Source: an uncultured Gemmatimonadaceae bacterium
GTDB taxonomy: Bacteria; Gemmatimonadota; Gemmatimonadetes; Gemmatimonadales; Gemmatimonadaceae
Direction of reading: 5' to 3'
DNA: 64,000 nucleotides
NCBI GenBank assembly: GCA_963728785.1
Contig: CAVSKV010000002.1
Coordinates: forward strand, 627,195 to 691,194
This document shows, piece by piece, positions 25,002-32,875 of the stretch (within the stretch, counting starts at the first letter, position 1; each line of letters begins with the position of its first letter). The position numbers were made by a program, and so were the translations under genes. The notes beneath the pieces were generated by a model that was not told the DNA's origin, ran no database searches, and saw nothing but the letters and a program-made list of their open reading frames with translations.

Positions 25002-25874
25002 ATGAGCCAACGGCCAACAACCGGCGCATTCCGACGTATCCGCAACTGGGCCTTGGGTTTACTCGGGGTATCTCCCTCAGACATAGCCCAAATGGTGCCG
25101 GTGGCCCCGAGTGCTGCGGGTGCCTCAGGTGTGCTCTTCGGGTCTGGGCCTGTGGGTTCTTCCGAGGCCGGGGCCCGGATGGTCGCCGATGTGTTGCAGT
25201 TCCACGCCAAACGGGTGCGCGAGGTCATGCGCCCACGTACCGACGTGGTGGCTCTGCCGCTCACCGCCGCGGAAGAGGAAGTGCACGACGTCCTGCGGCG
25301 CGAACGGTATTCGCGCTATCCGGTGTACGCCGCGTCGCTCGACGACATCGTGGGAATCTTCCTGGCCAAGGATCTCTGGCTGCATGACTCTGGGGCGCCG
25401 TTTTCGCTGGCCCGGCACATGCGGGAGCCGCTGTTCGTGCCCGACACGCGCCCGGCTCAGCGCGTGCTCGACGACCTGCGCAAGACGCGGGCGCACGTGG
25501 CGATCGTGCTCGACGAGTACGGGGGCACGGCCGGCATCGTGACGCTCGAGGATCTGGTGGAGCAGGTCATTGGAGACATCGACGACGAGTACGACGTGGC
25601 GAGCCGGGCGGCGATCGAGACGGACGGCGTGCTCGAACTGGCGGGTTCGCTGTCGCTCCGCGACGTGCGTCGGGAGTACCAGTTGCCGATTCCGGACGGC
25701 GATTGGCGGACAATTGGGGGGTATGCGTTCGCCCGGCTCGGCAGGTTGCCGAGGATCGGGGACCGGGCGGGGTATCCGGGAGGAGAGTTGGAAGTGGTGG
25801 CGATGGACGGCCGTCGCGTGGCGGCATTGCGGGTGCACCGCGCCGTGGAGCGGGTCCTTGACCGGTCGGACTGA
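25002..25874 (+). CDS. corC: CBS-pair/CorC_HlyC domain protein (CorC/YbeX-like)
   Basis: 290 aa. VREVMRPRTDVVAL, RYPVY, and RAHVAIVLDEYGGTAGIVTLEDLVEQVIGDIDDEYD. No DUF21 transmembrane domain, as in E. coli CorC. Confidence 0.85.
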   Translation: MSQRPTTGAFRRIRNWALGLLGVSPSDIAQMVPVAPSAAGASGVLFGSGPVGSSEAGARMVADVLQFHAKRVREVMRPRTDVVALPLTAAEEEVHDVLRRERYSRYPVYAASLDDIVGIFLAKDLWLHDSGAPFSLARHMREPLFVPDTRPAQRVLDDLRKTRAHVAIVLDEYGGTAGIVTLEDLVEQVIGDIDDEYDVASRAAIETDGVLELAGSLSLRDVRREYQLPIPDGDWRTIGGYAFARLGRLPRIGDRAGYPGGELEVVAMDGRRVAALRVHRAVERVLDRSD

Positions 25875-25887
25875 CCTGTACGTCAGT

Positions 25888-26289
25888 GTGTCGCTCTCCA
25901 TTCCGCGACACGAACTCGCTGTGCGGGTCTCACGGGCCGGCGGGGCGGGAGGCCAGCACGTGAACACGTCGTCCACTCGCGTGGAGCTCGAATGGAACGT
26001 GGTGCGGTCGCGTGCGGTGTCGGACGAGCAGCGCGAGCGGCTGAGCCGCGCATTGCATGCGCGGCTCACGGCCGACGGCACGCTTCGGGTGGTGGCCAGC
26101 GAGCGACGCAGTCAGGCACAGAACCGCGAGGCGGCGGAAGCGCGGCTGGCAACGCTGGTTCGGCGGGGATTGGTGGTGCCCAAGCGGCGGCGTCCTACGA
26201 GGCCGACTCGCGCTTCGGTGGAACGGCGTCTGCAGGACAAGCGCCGCCGTAGCGACCGCAAGCGCCACCGGCGCGGCGACGCGGACTAG
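25888..26289 (+). CDS. arfB: Alternative ribosome-rescue factor ArfB (YaeJ, GGQ peptidyl-tRNA hydrolase)
   Basis: GGQ motif (AGGAGGQHVNTSST) and basic tail KRRRPTRPTRASVERRL. The start is uncertain. I chose GTG at 25888, after the corC stop; the track ORF begins far upstream inside corC. Confidence 0.85.
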   Translation: MSLSIPRHELAVRVSRAGGAGGQHVNTSSTRVELEWNVVRSRAVSDEQRERLSRALHARLTADGTLRVVASERRSQAQNREAAEARLATLVRRGLVVPKRRRPTRPTRASVERRLQDKRRRSDRKRHRRGDAD

Positions 26290-27116
26290 GGCGGCGGCGG
26301 GTGGGGGCCGTGCCTCTGCTTGAGCGACGCAATCGCTTGGCGGAGTTGCGGCGCAACGCGCGAGTCCGGATGGCGGTCGAGCAGGCGTCGCAATTCGACC
26401 AGCGCGCGTTGCGGTGCCTCGAGGGGGCCGAGATACAGGTCGGCCAGGCGATTTCCCACGTACGCGTCCTCGCCGGAGGTCAATCCTGGCAACCGCTGGG
26501 CTTCGCGAAGTAGCTCGGCAGCGCGGGCCGGGTCGTTGGCCAGGCCGGCGTACAGTTCCGCAGCCTGGATACGGGCCGCAACGGTGCCCGGGTCGTTCGC
26601 AATGCGCCGTTCGTAGGACGCCAGTGCCTCGTCCACGTGCCCCTGCATCACGAGGGCCTGTTCCTGCGAGAACTGCTCTTCGTACGGCGTGCTGGCGCCG
26701 GTGGGGGTGAGGTAGAATTCAGCGACCGCTGTGGCCGGCTGGATGAGCAGGAGGGCAACCGCCGTGAGCGCCACCCAGGTCAGCACAAAGCAGAGCGGAA
26801 TGGTAATCACCACTGACCACCCGAAGGGGCTATGCCGCGCGGCCACGGGAACCATCATGAGCGCTCCAAACGCGCTCCAACCGGCCGCCTTGAGGACGTG
26901 GAAGCGATCCGGCCCGAGCCGGTCGAGCAAAGTCGGGCGGTAGGGGCGCGGGCTGCGGGGCGGGCGCGCGTGATCGGAGCGGGCCATCGGCGGGAGGTCT
27001 GGGGGGAGACGGGAGCGCCGCGACCCACTAGTTTGGCCCGGGCGCGGGCCGCGCGCAACGGGGCGCGTGGCTGGACCGGCAATCGGGCACTTTGGGAACT
27101 TTGAGGCGTACCACAC
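26286..27116 (-). CDS. Membrane-anchored TPR-repeat protein (likely start ATG at 26987)
   Basis: Two or three hydrophobic helices followed by TPR-like repeats (ALASYERRIANDPGTVAARIQAAELYAGL...). Function unknown. Confidence 0.55.
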   Translation of the reverse strand: MWYASKFPKCPIAGPATRPVARGPRPGQTSGSRRSRLPPDLPPMARSDHARPPRSPRPYRPTLLDRLGPDRFHVLKAAGWSAFGALMMVPVAARHSPFGWSVVITIPLCFVLTWVALTAVALLLIQPATAVAEFYLTPTGASTPYEEQFSQEQALVMQGHVDEALASYERRIANDPGTVAARIQAAELYAGLANDPARAAELLREAQRLPGLTSGEDAYVGNRLADLYLGPLEAPQRALVELRRLLDRHPDSRVAPQLRQAIASLKQRHGPHPPPP

Positions 27117-27277
27117 GGCATTGTTATCACGCGCTCAAGCGCGCGTGCCCGGCCGCTCCCGGATACGCGTCCGAAGGAGGCGGTCCCCTTGCTTCGGCGG
27201 GCGGCGGCCCGTATTCAGCAGGAATGCGATCTACGGCGATGACGACTAATTCAAGGCGGTTCCACCGCGGGGCTTCA

Positions 27278-30200
27278 ATGATTCGATGGCTCACCCGTCC
27301 GGCGGCCCTGGCCCTGGCGTTCCTGGCCACGGGCGGAGTGTCCACCGCCTCGGCGCAGTACTTCGGGCGCAACAAGGTCCAGTACCAGACGTTCGACTTC
27401 CGGATTCTCCGGACCGCACACTTCGACCTTTACTACTATCCGGCCGAGTCGCTGGCCGCCTTCGATCTGGGGCGGATGGCCGAGCGGTGGTACGCGCGCC
27501 ATTCGGAGACGTTCTCGCACGAATTCGAGCGCAAGTCGATCGTGGTGTACGCCGACCACGCGGATTTCGAGCAGACGAATGTGGTCCAGGAAGCGCCCGA
27601 GCAAGGAGAGGGGGGCGTGACCGAGGGAATGCGCGACCGGGTCGTCCTGCCGTTCACCGGCAGCTATAAGGACAACGACCACGTCATCGGGCACGAGTTG
27701 GTGCACGTGTTCCAGTACGACATCGCGCAGAGCGGGGACGCGGCCGGGTTGGCGCGGGTGGGCAATCTCCCGCTGTGGCTGATCGAAGGGATGGCCGAGT
27801 ATTTCTCGCTCGGCCGGAACAGCGAGTTGACGGCGATGTGGATGCGCGACGCCGTGGAGCGCGATTCCTTCCCGACGATCAAGCAGTTGAATACGGATCC
27901 GCGCTTCTTCCCGTACCGCTACGGCCAGGCGCTGTGGGCGTACGTCGCCGGACGTTGGGGCGAGCGGTCGGTGGTGGACATCTACCGGACGTCCTTGCGT
28001 TCGGGGCTCGACAACGCGATCACGCGTGTGCTCGGTGAGACGCCCGATTCGCTGAGCGCCGACTGGGCGGCGGCGAACAGGGCGTTGTATACGTCGCAGC
28101 TCGTGGGCCGCACCAAGCCGCAGGACGCAGGCCAGCCGGTGCTACGGACGGGACGCAAGTTGGCGGACCTGAACGTGTCTCCGGTGATCAGCCCCGATGG
28201 CAAGTACGTGGCGTTCTTTTCGTCGCGCAGCCTGTTCAGCATCGACCTGTATCTTGCCGACGCGAAGACGGGCGAGATCGTCAGAAAGCTGGCGTCGCCG
28301 GCCAGCGATCCCCATTTCGACGCGCTGAACTTCATCAACTCCAGCGGCGCCTGGTCGCCTGACGGCGCGCAGTTCGCGTTCATGGTGGATGAGGACGGCC
28401 GCGACGACATAGCGCTGCTCGACGTGGCGACGGGAAAGATCGAGCGCCACATCCAGGTGCCTGGGGTGGGTGCCGTGACCGGCATCTCCTGGTCTCCCGA
28501 CGGGAAGCTGCTGGCCCTGTCGGGGATGGCCGGCGGAATCAGCGACATCTATACGCTCGACCTCGCGTCCGGTCGTGTCCGGCAGTTGACGAACGACCGT
28601 AACGCCGACGAGATGCCGGCGTTCTCGCCCGACGGGCAGACGATCGCGTTTTCGAGCGATCGCGGGCCGGGCACGAGCTTCAAGGACCTCCAGTTCTCGC
28701 AACGGCAGCTGGCCACGATCAGCGTGAACGGCGGGCCGGTGACCGTATACTCGCCCTTCCCCAACGCCAAGGAAATCAATCCGCAGTACTCGCCCGACGG
28801 GAAGGATCTGCTGTTCGTCTCGAACCAGGACGGGTTCAGCGACGTGTACCGGCTGAACCTCGCCACCGGCGCCGTGCGTCGAGTGACGAAGGTGGCCACC
28901 GGGGTCAGCGGCATCACCGAGACCTCGCCGGCGATCACGGTGTCGCCGACCACCGGACGCATGTTGTTCACGGTCTTCCAGGGCCAGGGCTACGGGATTT
29001 ACGGGCTCGACGCGCCGGCCACCGCTGGCGTACCCGTGCAGCCCACGTCCGCGGTGAACGTGGCGAGCATTCTGCCGCCCGGCGACCTGCCGGGAACGAA
29101 CACGGTTACCGCGTACCTCAACGACCCGCTCACGGGGCTCGTGTCAGGCACAGACTTCACGACACATCCGTACCACTCGTCGTTCTCACTCGACGCGATC
29201 AGCCAGCCGACCATCGGGGTTCAGGTGGGCGGATACTTCGGGACGGGGGTGGCGGGCGGCATCGCGGCGCTGTGGGGCGATCAGTTGAGCGACCGGCAGA
29301 TCTACACGGTGCTCCAGGCCAACGGCACGGTGAAGGATATCGGCGGCGCCGTGTACTATACCGATCTCCGACACCGCTGGAACTGGGGATTCGGGGTGGA
29401 ACACATCCCGTATCTCACCGGGTACACCTCACTCGCAAATGCGACGTTCGAGGGCAATCCCGCGATCAACTACTACCAGATCCTGGAACGCATCTACATC
29501 GACCAGGCGTCGCTCTTCACTCAATATCCGCTCTCTACCACGCGACGTCTCGAACTCGGCGTTTCGGCCACGCGCCTGGGTTACGACATAGAGGTCGACA
29601 GCATCACCGTGGTGGGGAATTCGGTGGTGAACGAAGGGCTCGGCACGGTGCCTGGGCTGCCGTCCACGTATTACACTCAGGCCGACATTGCCTTCGTTTC
29701 GGATAATTCCAATTTCGCGTACGTTGGCCCGGTATCGGGAGAACGATGGCGCGTGGAATACACTCCGACGTTCGGGCAACTGAATTACCAGGGCGTGCTG
29801 GGGGACTACCGCCGATACTTCTTCATGCAGCCATTCACGTTGGCCATACGCGGCCTGCACTACGGCCGGTACGGGCGCGACGCCGAGGCCTACAACAGCG
29901 GAGAGATCTACCCGCTGTACCTGGGCGACGAAACGCTGATTCGGGGGTACGGCGTCGGATCGATCAGCCCCAACGAATGCGTGGCCAGCGGCTCATCGAA
30001 CGCCTGCCCCGTGTTCGACCGGCTGCTGGGAAGCCGTATGGACGTGGTCAATCTGGAGTTCCGGATTCCGCTATTCGGCTCGCCACAGTTCGGGCTGTTC
30101 CCCACGTCCATCATACCGGTCGAGGTCGCTCCGTTCTTCGACGCCGGCATCGCGTACTCGTCCACCCAACCGCCCGATTGGCGGCTGACCACTACGGCCA

Positions 30201-30412
30201 ACGGGATTCCCGCGAGTTGCAACAGCGCGTCCAACGTGACGGAGGCCGCCTACGGCGTGAACTGCGTGGATCACATCCCGGTGTTCAGCACCGGCATCAC
30301 GACCCGCATCAACCTGATGGGCTACTTCGTGCTCGAGACGTATGTGGCCCATCCCTTCGAGCGGCCAGGCAAGAACTGGGTGGTAGGCGTCCAGTTGGCG
30401 CCCGGTTGGTAG
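27278..30412 (+). CDS. Multidomain envelope protein: peptidase-MA-like zinc metallopeptidase, PD40 (TolB-like) beta-propeller repeats and a C-terminal Omp85-type beta-barrel
   Basis: Start chosen at the signal peptide MIRWLTRPAALALAFLATGGVSTASAQ. HELVH plus WLIEGMAEY (gluzincin/Peptidase_MA_2 signature). At least five PD40 repeats (SPDGKYVAFFSSR, SPDGAQFAFMV, SWSPDGKLLALSG, FSPDGQTIAFSSDRG, YSPDGKDLLFVSNQDG). Surface-antigen-like C-terminus ending in an aromatic residue (...VGVQLAPGW). Confidence 0.75.
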   Translation: MIRWLTRPAALALAFLATGGVSTASAQYFGRNKVQYQTFDFRILRTAHFDLYYYPAESLAAFDLGRMAERWYARHSETFSHEFERKSIVVYADHADFEQTNVVQEAPEQGEGGVTEGMRDRVVLPFTGSYKDNDHVIGHELVHVFQYDIAQSGDAAGLARVGNLPLWLIEGMAEYFSLGRNSELTAMWMRDAVERDSFPTIKQLNTDPRFFPYRYGQALWAYVAGRWGERSVVDIYRTSLRSGLDNAITRVLGETPDSLSADWAAANRALYTSQLVGRTKPQDAGQPVLRTGRKLADLNVSPVISPDGKYVAFFSSRSLFSIDLYLADAKTGEIVRKLASPASDPHFDALNFINSSGAWSPDGAQFAFMVDEDGRDDIALLDVATGKIERHIQVPGVGAVTGISWSPDGKLLALSGMAGGISDIYTLDLASGRVRQLTNDRNADEMPAFSPDGQTIAFSSDRGPGTSFKDLQFSQRQLATISVNGGPVTVYSPFPNAKEINPQYSPDGKDLLFVSNQDGFSDVYRLNLATGAVRRVTKVATGVSGITETSPAITVSPTTGRMLFTVFQGQGYGIYGLDAPATAGVPVQPTSAVNVASILPPGDLPGTNTVTAYLNDPLTGLVSGTDFTTHPYHSSFSLDAISQPTIGVQVGGYFGTGVAGGIAALWGDQLSDRQIYTVLQANGTVKDIGGAVYYTDLRHRWNWGFGVEHIPYLTGYTSLANATFEGNPAINYYQILERIYIDQASLFTQYPLSTTRRLELGVSATRLGYDIEVDSITVVGNSVVNEGLGTVPGLPSTYYTQADIAFVSDNSNFAYVGPVSGERWRVEYTPTFGQLNYQGVLGDYRRYFFMQPFTLAIRGLHYGRYGRDAEAYNSGEIYPLYLGDETLIRGYGVGSISPNECVASGSSNACPVFDRLLGSRMDVVNLEFRIPLFGSPQFGLFPTSIIPVEVAPFFDAGIAYSSTQPPDWRLTTTANGIPASCNSASNVTEAAYGVNCVDHIPVFSTGITTRINLMGYFVLETYVAHPFERPGKNWVVGVQLAPGW

Positions 30413-30446
30413 GCGAGACACCGCCGGCCGCGAAGGGCTGAATACA

Positions 30447-30476
30447 CGTAGGGCTCGCGTTTCCGCGAGCCCTACG
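30447..30476. terminator. Perfect 13-bp hairpin between convergent genes (bidirectional terminator candidate)
   Basis: cgtagggctcgcg (30447-30459), loop tttc, cgcgagccctacg (30464-30476). Confidence 0.6.
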
Positions 30477-30533
30477 CGTCCCTCCCCCACCTACCAGCAC
30501 CGGGTCCCCACGCGATGCCGGACCGGCAGGGCC

Positions 30534-31256
30534 TTACCCACCTACCGCCGGCGGCACATGACTCGAATCCGGAGGCTGCCCGCCCGGAGGCGGACCACCG
30601 CGACCGCGGGGCGGTCCGAATCCCTGGCCCTGGCCGAACCCGCCGCGCCCCGGCCCCCAACCGCGGCCCCTCTGGAACGCAGGGCCGCCGGCGCCACGGC
30701 CCCATGGCGCGAACCGCCCGCGATTGGGCGCCATGCCACGCATCATCGCCACACGACGCTGCCACATCCGGTGCTGCCGCATGTTGCGCATCGCGGCTGC
30801 CTCGCGGTGCTGCAGGCGCGTGCGGTTGGCGTCAAATTGCTTTTGCTGGTCGGCCGCCAGCACGCCGCGCACGCTCTTCATCATCTGACCGCGCAGTGCG
30901 ATTCGCTGGTTGCTATACCCTTGGAGCTTCTGGCGCGCCGCCTTGAGCGCCACCGTGTCTCCATTGTCGCGCGCCGTGAGCACCGCCTCACGGTCGGCTT
31001 GGGCCGACTTGGCCAGTGCCTGCATCAGCGTGCGATTGTCGGCCTGGAGCTTCTGGAGTTGCGCCTTCTGCGCGTCGGTGAGCGTGATGCCGCGGAACAG
31101 TTGGCGCTGCATCATGGCTTGCATTGCGCCGGGCTCGCCACCGCGTCCCATTCCCTGACCGCGCATCGGGCCCATGCCGCCGCGCTGTTGCGCACCGGCT
31201 ACTGCCGCGCTCCCAGCCAGCGCCAACGCCACGAGTGTCGTCATCTTGCCGTTCAT
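30534..31256 (-). CDS. Periplasmic Spy/CpxP-family (LTxxQ) protein with Arg/Gly-rich tails
   Basis: Start chosen at MNGKMTTLVALALAGSAAVAGAQ (signal peptide). LTxxQ motif ITLTDAQKAQL and a helical core. The C-terminal ~60 aa are RG/PG low complexity (GRGAGGPAFQRGRGWGPGRGGFGQGQGFGPPRGRGGPPPGG). Confidence 0.65.
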   Translation of the reverse strand: MNGKMTTLVALALAGSAAVAGAQQRGGMGPMRGQGMGRGGEPGAMQAMMQRQLFRGITLTDAQKAQLQKLQADNRTLMQALAKSAQADREAVLTARDNGDTVALKAARQKLQGYSNQRIALRGQMMKSVRGVLAADQQKQFDANRTRLQHREAAAMRNMRQHRMWQRRVAMMRGMAPNRGRFAPWGRGAGGPAFQRGRGWGPGRGGFGQGQGFGPPRGRGGPPPGGQPPDSSHVPPAVGG

Positions 31257-31331
31257 GTGCCTCTCCCTGGTGCCAGCATCGCGCCCCATCGCGCGCGCTT
31301 CACTGAGGGAGACGCGGCCCGCAAGGAAACG

Positions 31332-32039
31332 TTAAGTGCCGCCGTACCACTCGTAGCCCTGATCGCTCCAGTAGCCACCGTTGCGCTCAGCCATGAAGTG
31401 CACGCGCACCAAGTACTTGGTGTTCTTGTAGCCGAGCTTGACCGGCGAGTGAACACGGGCTGGGGCGCCGTGGCCCGGCGCGAGGAGATGGCCGTCCATG
31501 CCGTAGGCAATGAGGGTTTGGGGATGCATGGCGCTCGCCAGGTCCCAGCTCTCGTGGTAGCCGTCGTCGAACGACGCAAAGTCCACATACCGAGCTTCGG
31601 AGTGCACGCCGGTGAGCCTCGCCAATTCGGAGAGACGCGTGCCCGTCCAGTCCGCCACCGCCGTCCAGCCCTCAACGCAATAGTGGTTCACCCGCTGCGT
31701 GATGCGCGGCATGCGGAGCAGGTCTTCCAGCGTGAGCGCAAGCGGTCGGTCGACGAGACCGGAGACCTGGAGGCTCCACGGTCCGCGGGCGGACGCATCC
31801 CACACCGGTAGTGCGTCGGAGACGAAATACTGGGGAAAGGCGGAGCCAGCGGTGGCGGCGCCGCGCGGCGCGTGGTCCATGGACGTATGGCGAAACAGGA
31901 ACCGTTCCACTCCTTCGTTCTTTCGCTCCGCGAACGCCAGGAGGGCCTGGGCGCTGTCCGGCCCCTGCGAGTCGCAGGCAGCCAGGAACGCTGCGGTGAG
32001 CGACGCTCCCGACAGCGCGAGAAACCGACGCCGGTCCAT
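31332..32039 (-). CDS. Molybdopterin-dependent oxidoreductase (sulfite-oxidase/YedY-MsrP fold), Tat signal with lipobox
   Basis: Start chosen at MDRRRFLALSGASLTAAFLAAC (twin-arginine plus LAAC lipobox). NHYCVEGWTAVADWTGTRLSEL and a PVKLGYKNTKY-type C-terminus. The track ORF's upstream extension is implausible. Confidence 0.8.
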   Translation of the reverse strand: MDRRRFLALSGASLTAAFLAACDSQGPDSAQALLAFAERKNEGVERFLFRHTSMDHAPRGAATAGSAFPQYFVSDALPVWDASARGPWSLQVSGLVDRPLALTLEDLLRMPRITQRVNHYCVEGWTAVADWTGTRLSELARLTGVHSEARYVDFASFDDGYHESWDLASAMHPQTLIAYGMDGHLLAPGHGAPARVHSPVKLGYKNTKYLVRVHFMAERNGGYWSDQGYEWYGGT

Positions 32040-32041
32040 GC

Positions 32042-32770
32042 TCACGAACTCTCCTGCCGGGCAGCCGCGGTGCTTTTCGGCGGGCGGCGCTTCCACCACA
32101 ATGGTCTGGCATTCCGGGCTTCCGGCGACTTTGTCTCGTCGTAGCCGCCGGTGATCATCCCGCGCAACGAGTAGGGATCGACCACGAACACCATGAACAC
32201 GTGCACGCACGAGAGGGCGACGAGCGCCAGCATGGCCAGAAAGTGCCAGTAGCGCGCCCATACGTAGCCGCCCAGCGCGTTGGCGAGCCAGGCGAGTTGC
32301 ACGGGCTTCCAGATGGCGATGCCCGACACCACCGCCAACCCGGCGAACACGGGCATGGCGAAGTAGGTGCCGCGCTGGAGCGCGTTGTGTTTGCCCTGGC
32401 GCGGATGATCGGGACGCACGAACAGGTAGAACTTGACCATCTCCCACGCGCCGTGCAGCTGCCCGCGCCGTGGCACGAGATCGCGCCATTCCCCATGCAA
32501 ATAGACGAAGCCGAGGTAGACGAGCCCGTTCACGACGAGCACCCACATCGCCGCAAAGTGCCAGTGGCGCGCGCCGGCCAGCCATCCTCCGAAAGTCAGC
32601 CAGGCTGGGAAGAGCTTTCCGGCAAACGGGTAGCAGCAGAATGATTCGCCTTTGCGCGCGAAGGCGGGATAGGCGTTGAAGATGCGCAGGCCGCTGCCCA
32701 CCATGATGGTGAGCGCGACGACGTTCACCCAGTGGGTGATGCGGACGACCCCGTGATGTCGTGCGGCCAT
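32042..32770 (-). CDS. b-type cytochrome membrane subunit (cytochrome b561/PhsC-like)
   Basis: Start chosen at MAARHHGVVRITHWVNVVALTIMVGSG. Four transmembrane segments with conserved His residues (THW..., ARHWHF, ARYWHF). Its stop lies 2 nt before the Mo-enzyme ATG. Confidence 0.75.
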   Translation of the reverse strand: MAARHHGVVRITHWVNVVALTIMVGSGLRIFNAYPAFARKGESFCCYPFAGKLFPAWLTFGGWLAGARHWHFAAMWVLVVNGLVYLGFVYLHGEWRDLVPRRGQLHGAWEMVKFYLFVRPDHPRQGKHNALQRGTYFAMPVFAGLAVVSGIAIWKPVQLAWLANALGGYVWARYWHFLAMLALVALSCVHVFMVFVVDPYSLRGMITGGYDETKSPEARNARPLWWKRRPPKSTAAARQESS

Positions 32771-32875
32771 GGGCTCGACGTTAGTGTGGACGCCTGGCGC
32801 CGTCGAGGGTCCACACCGCCGGCGCTCACCTGCTTCAATCACCGCCGCCGCCGAACAGTTCCCGGCGGCCGCCGC

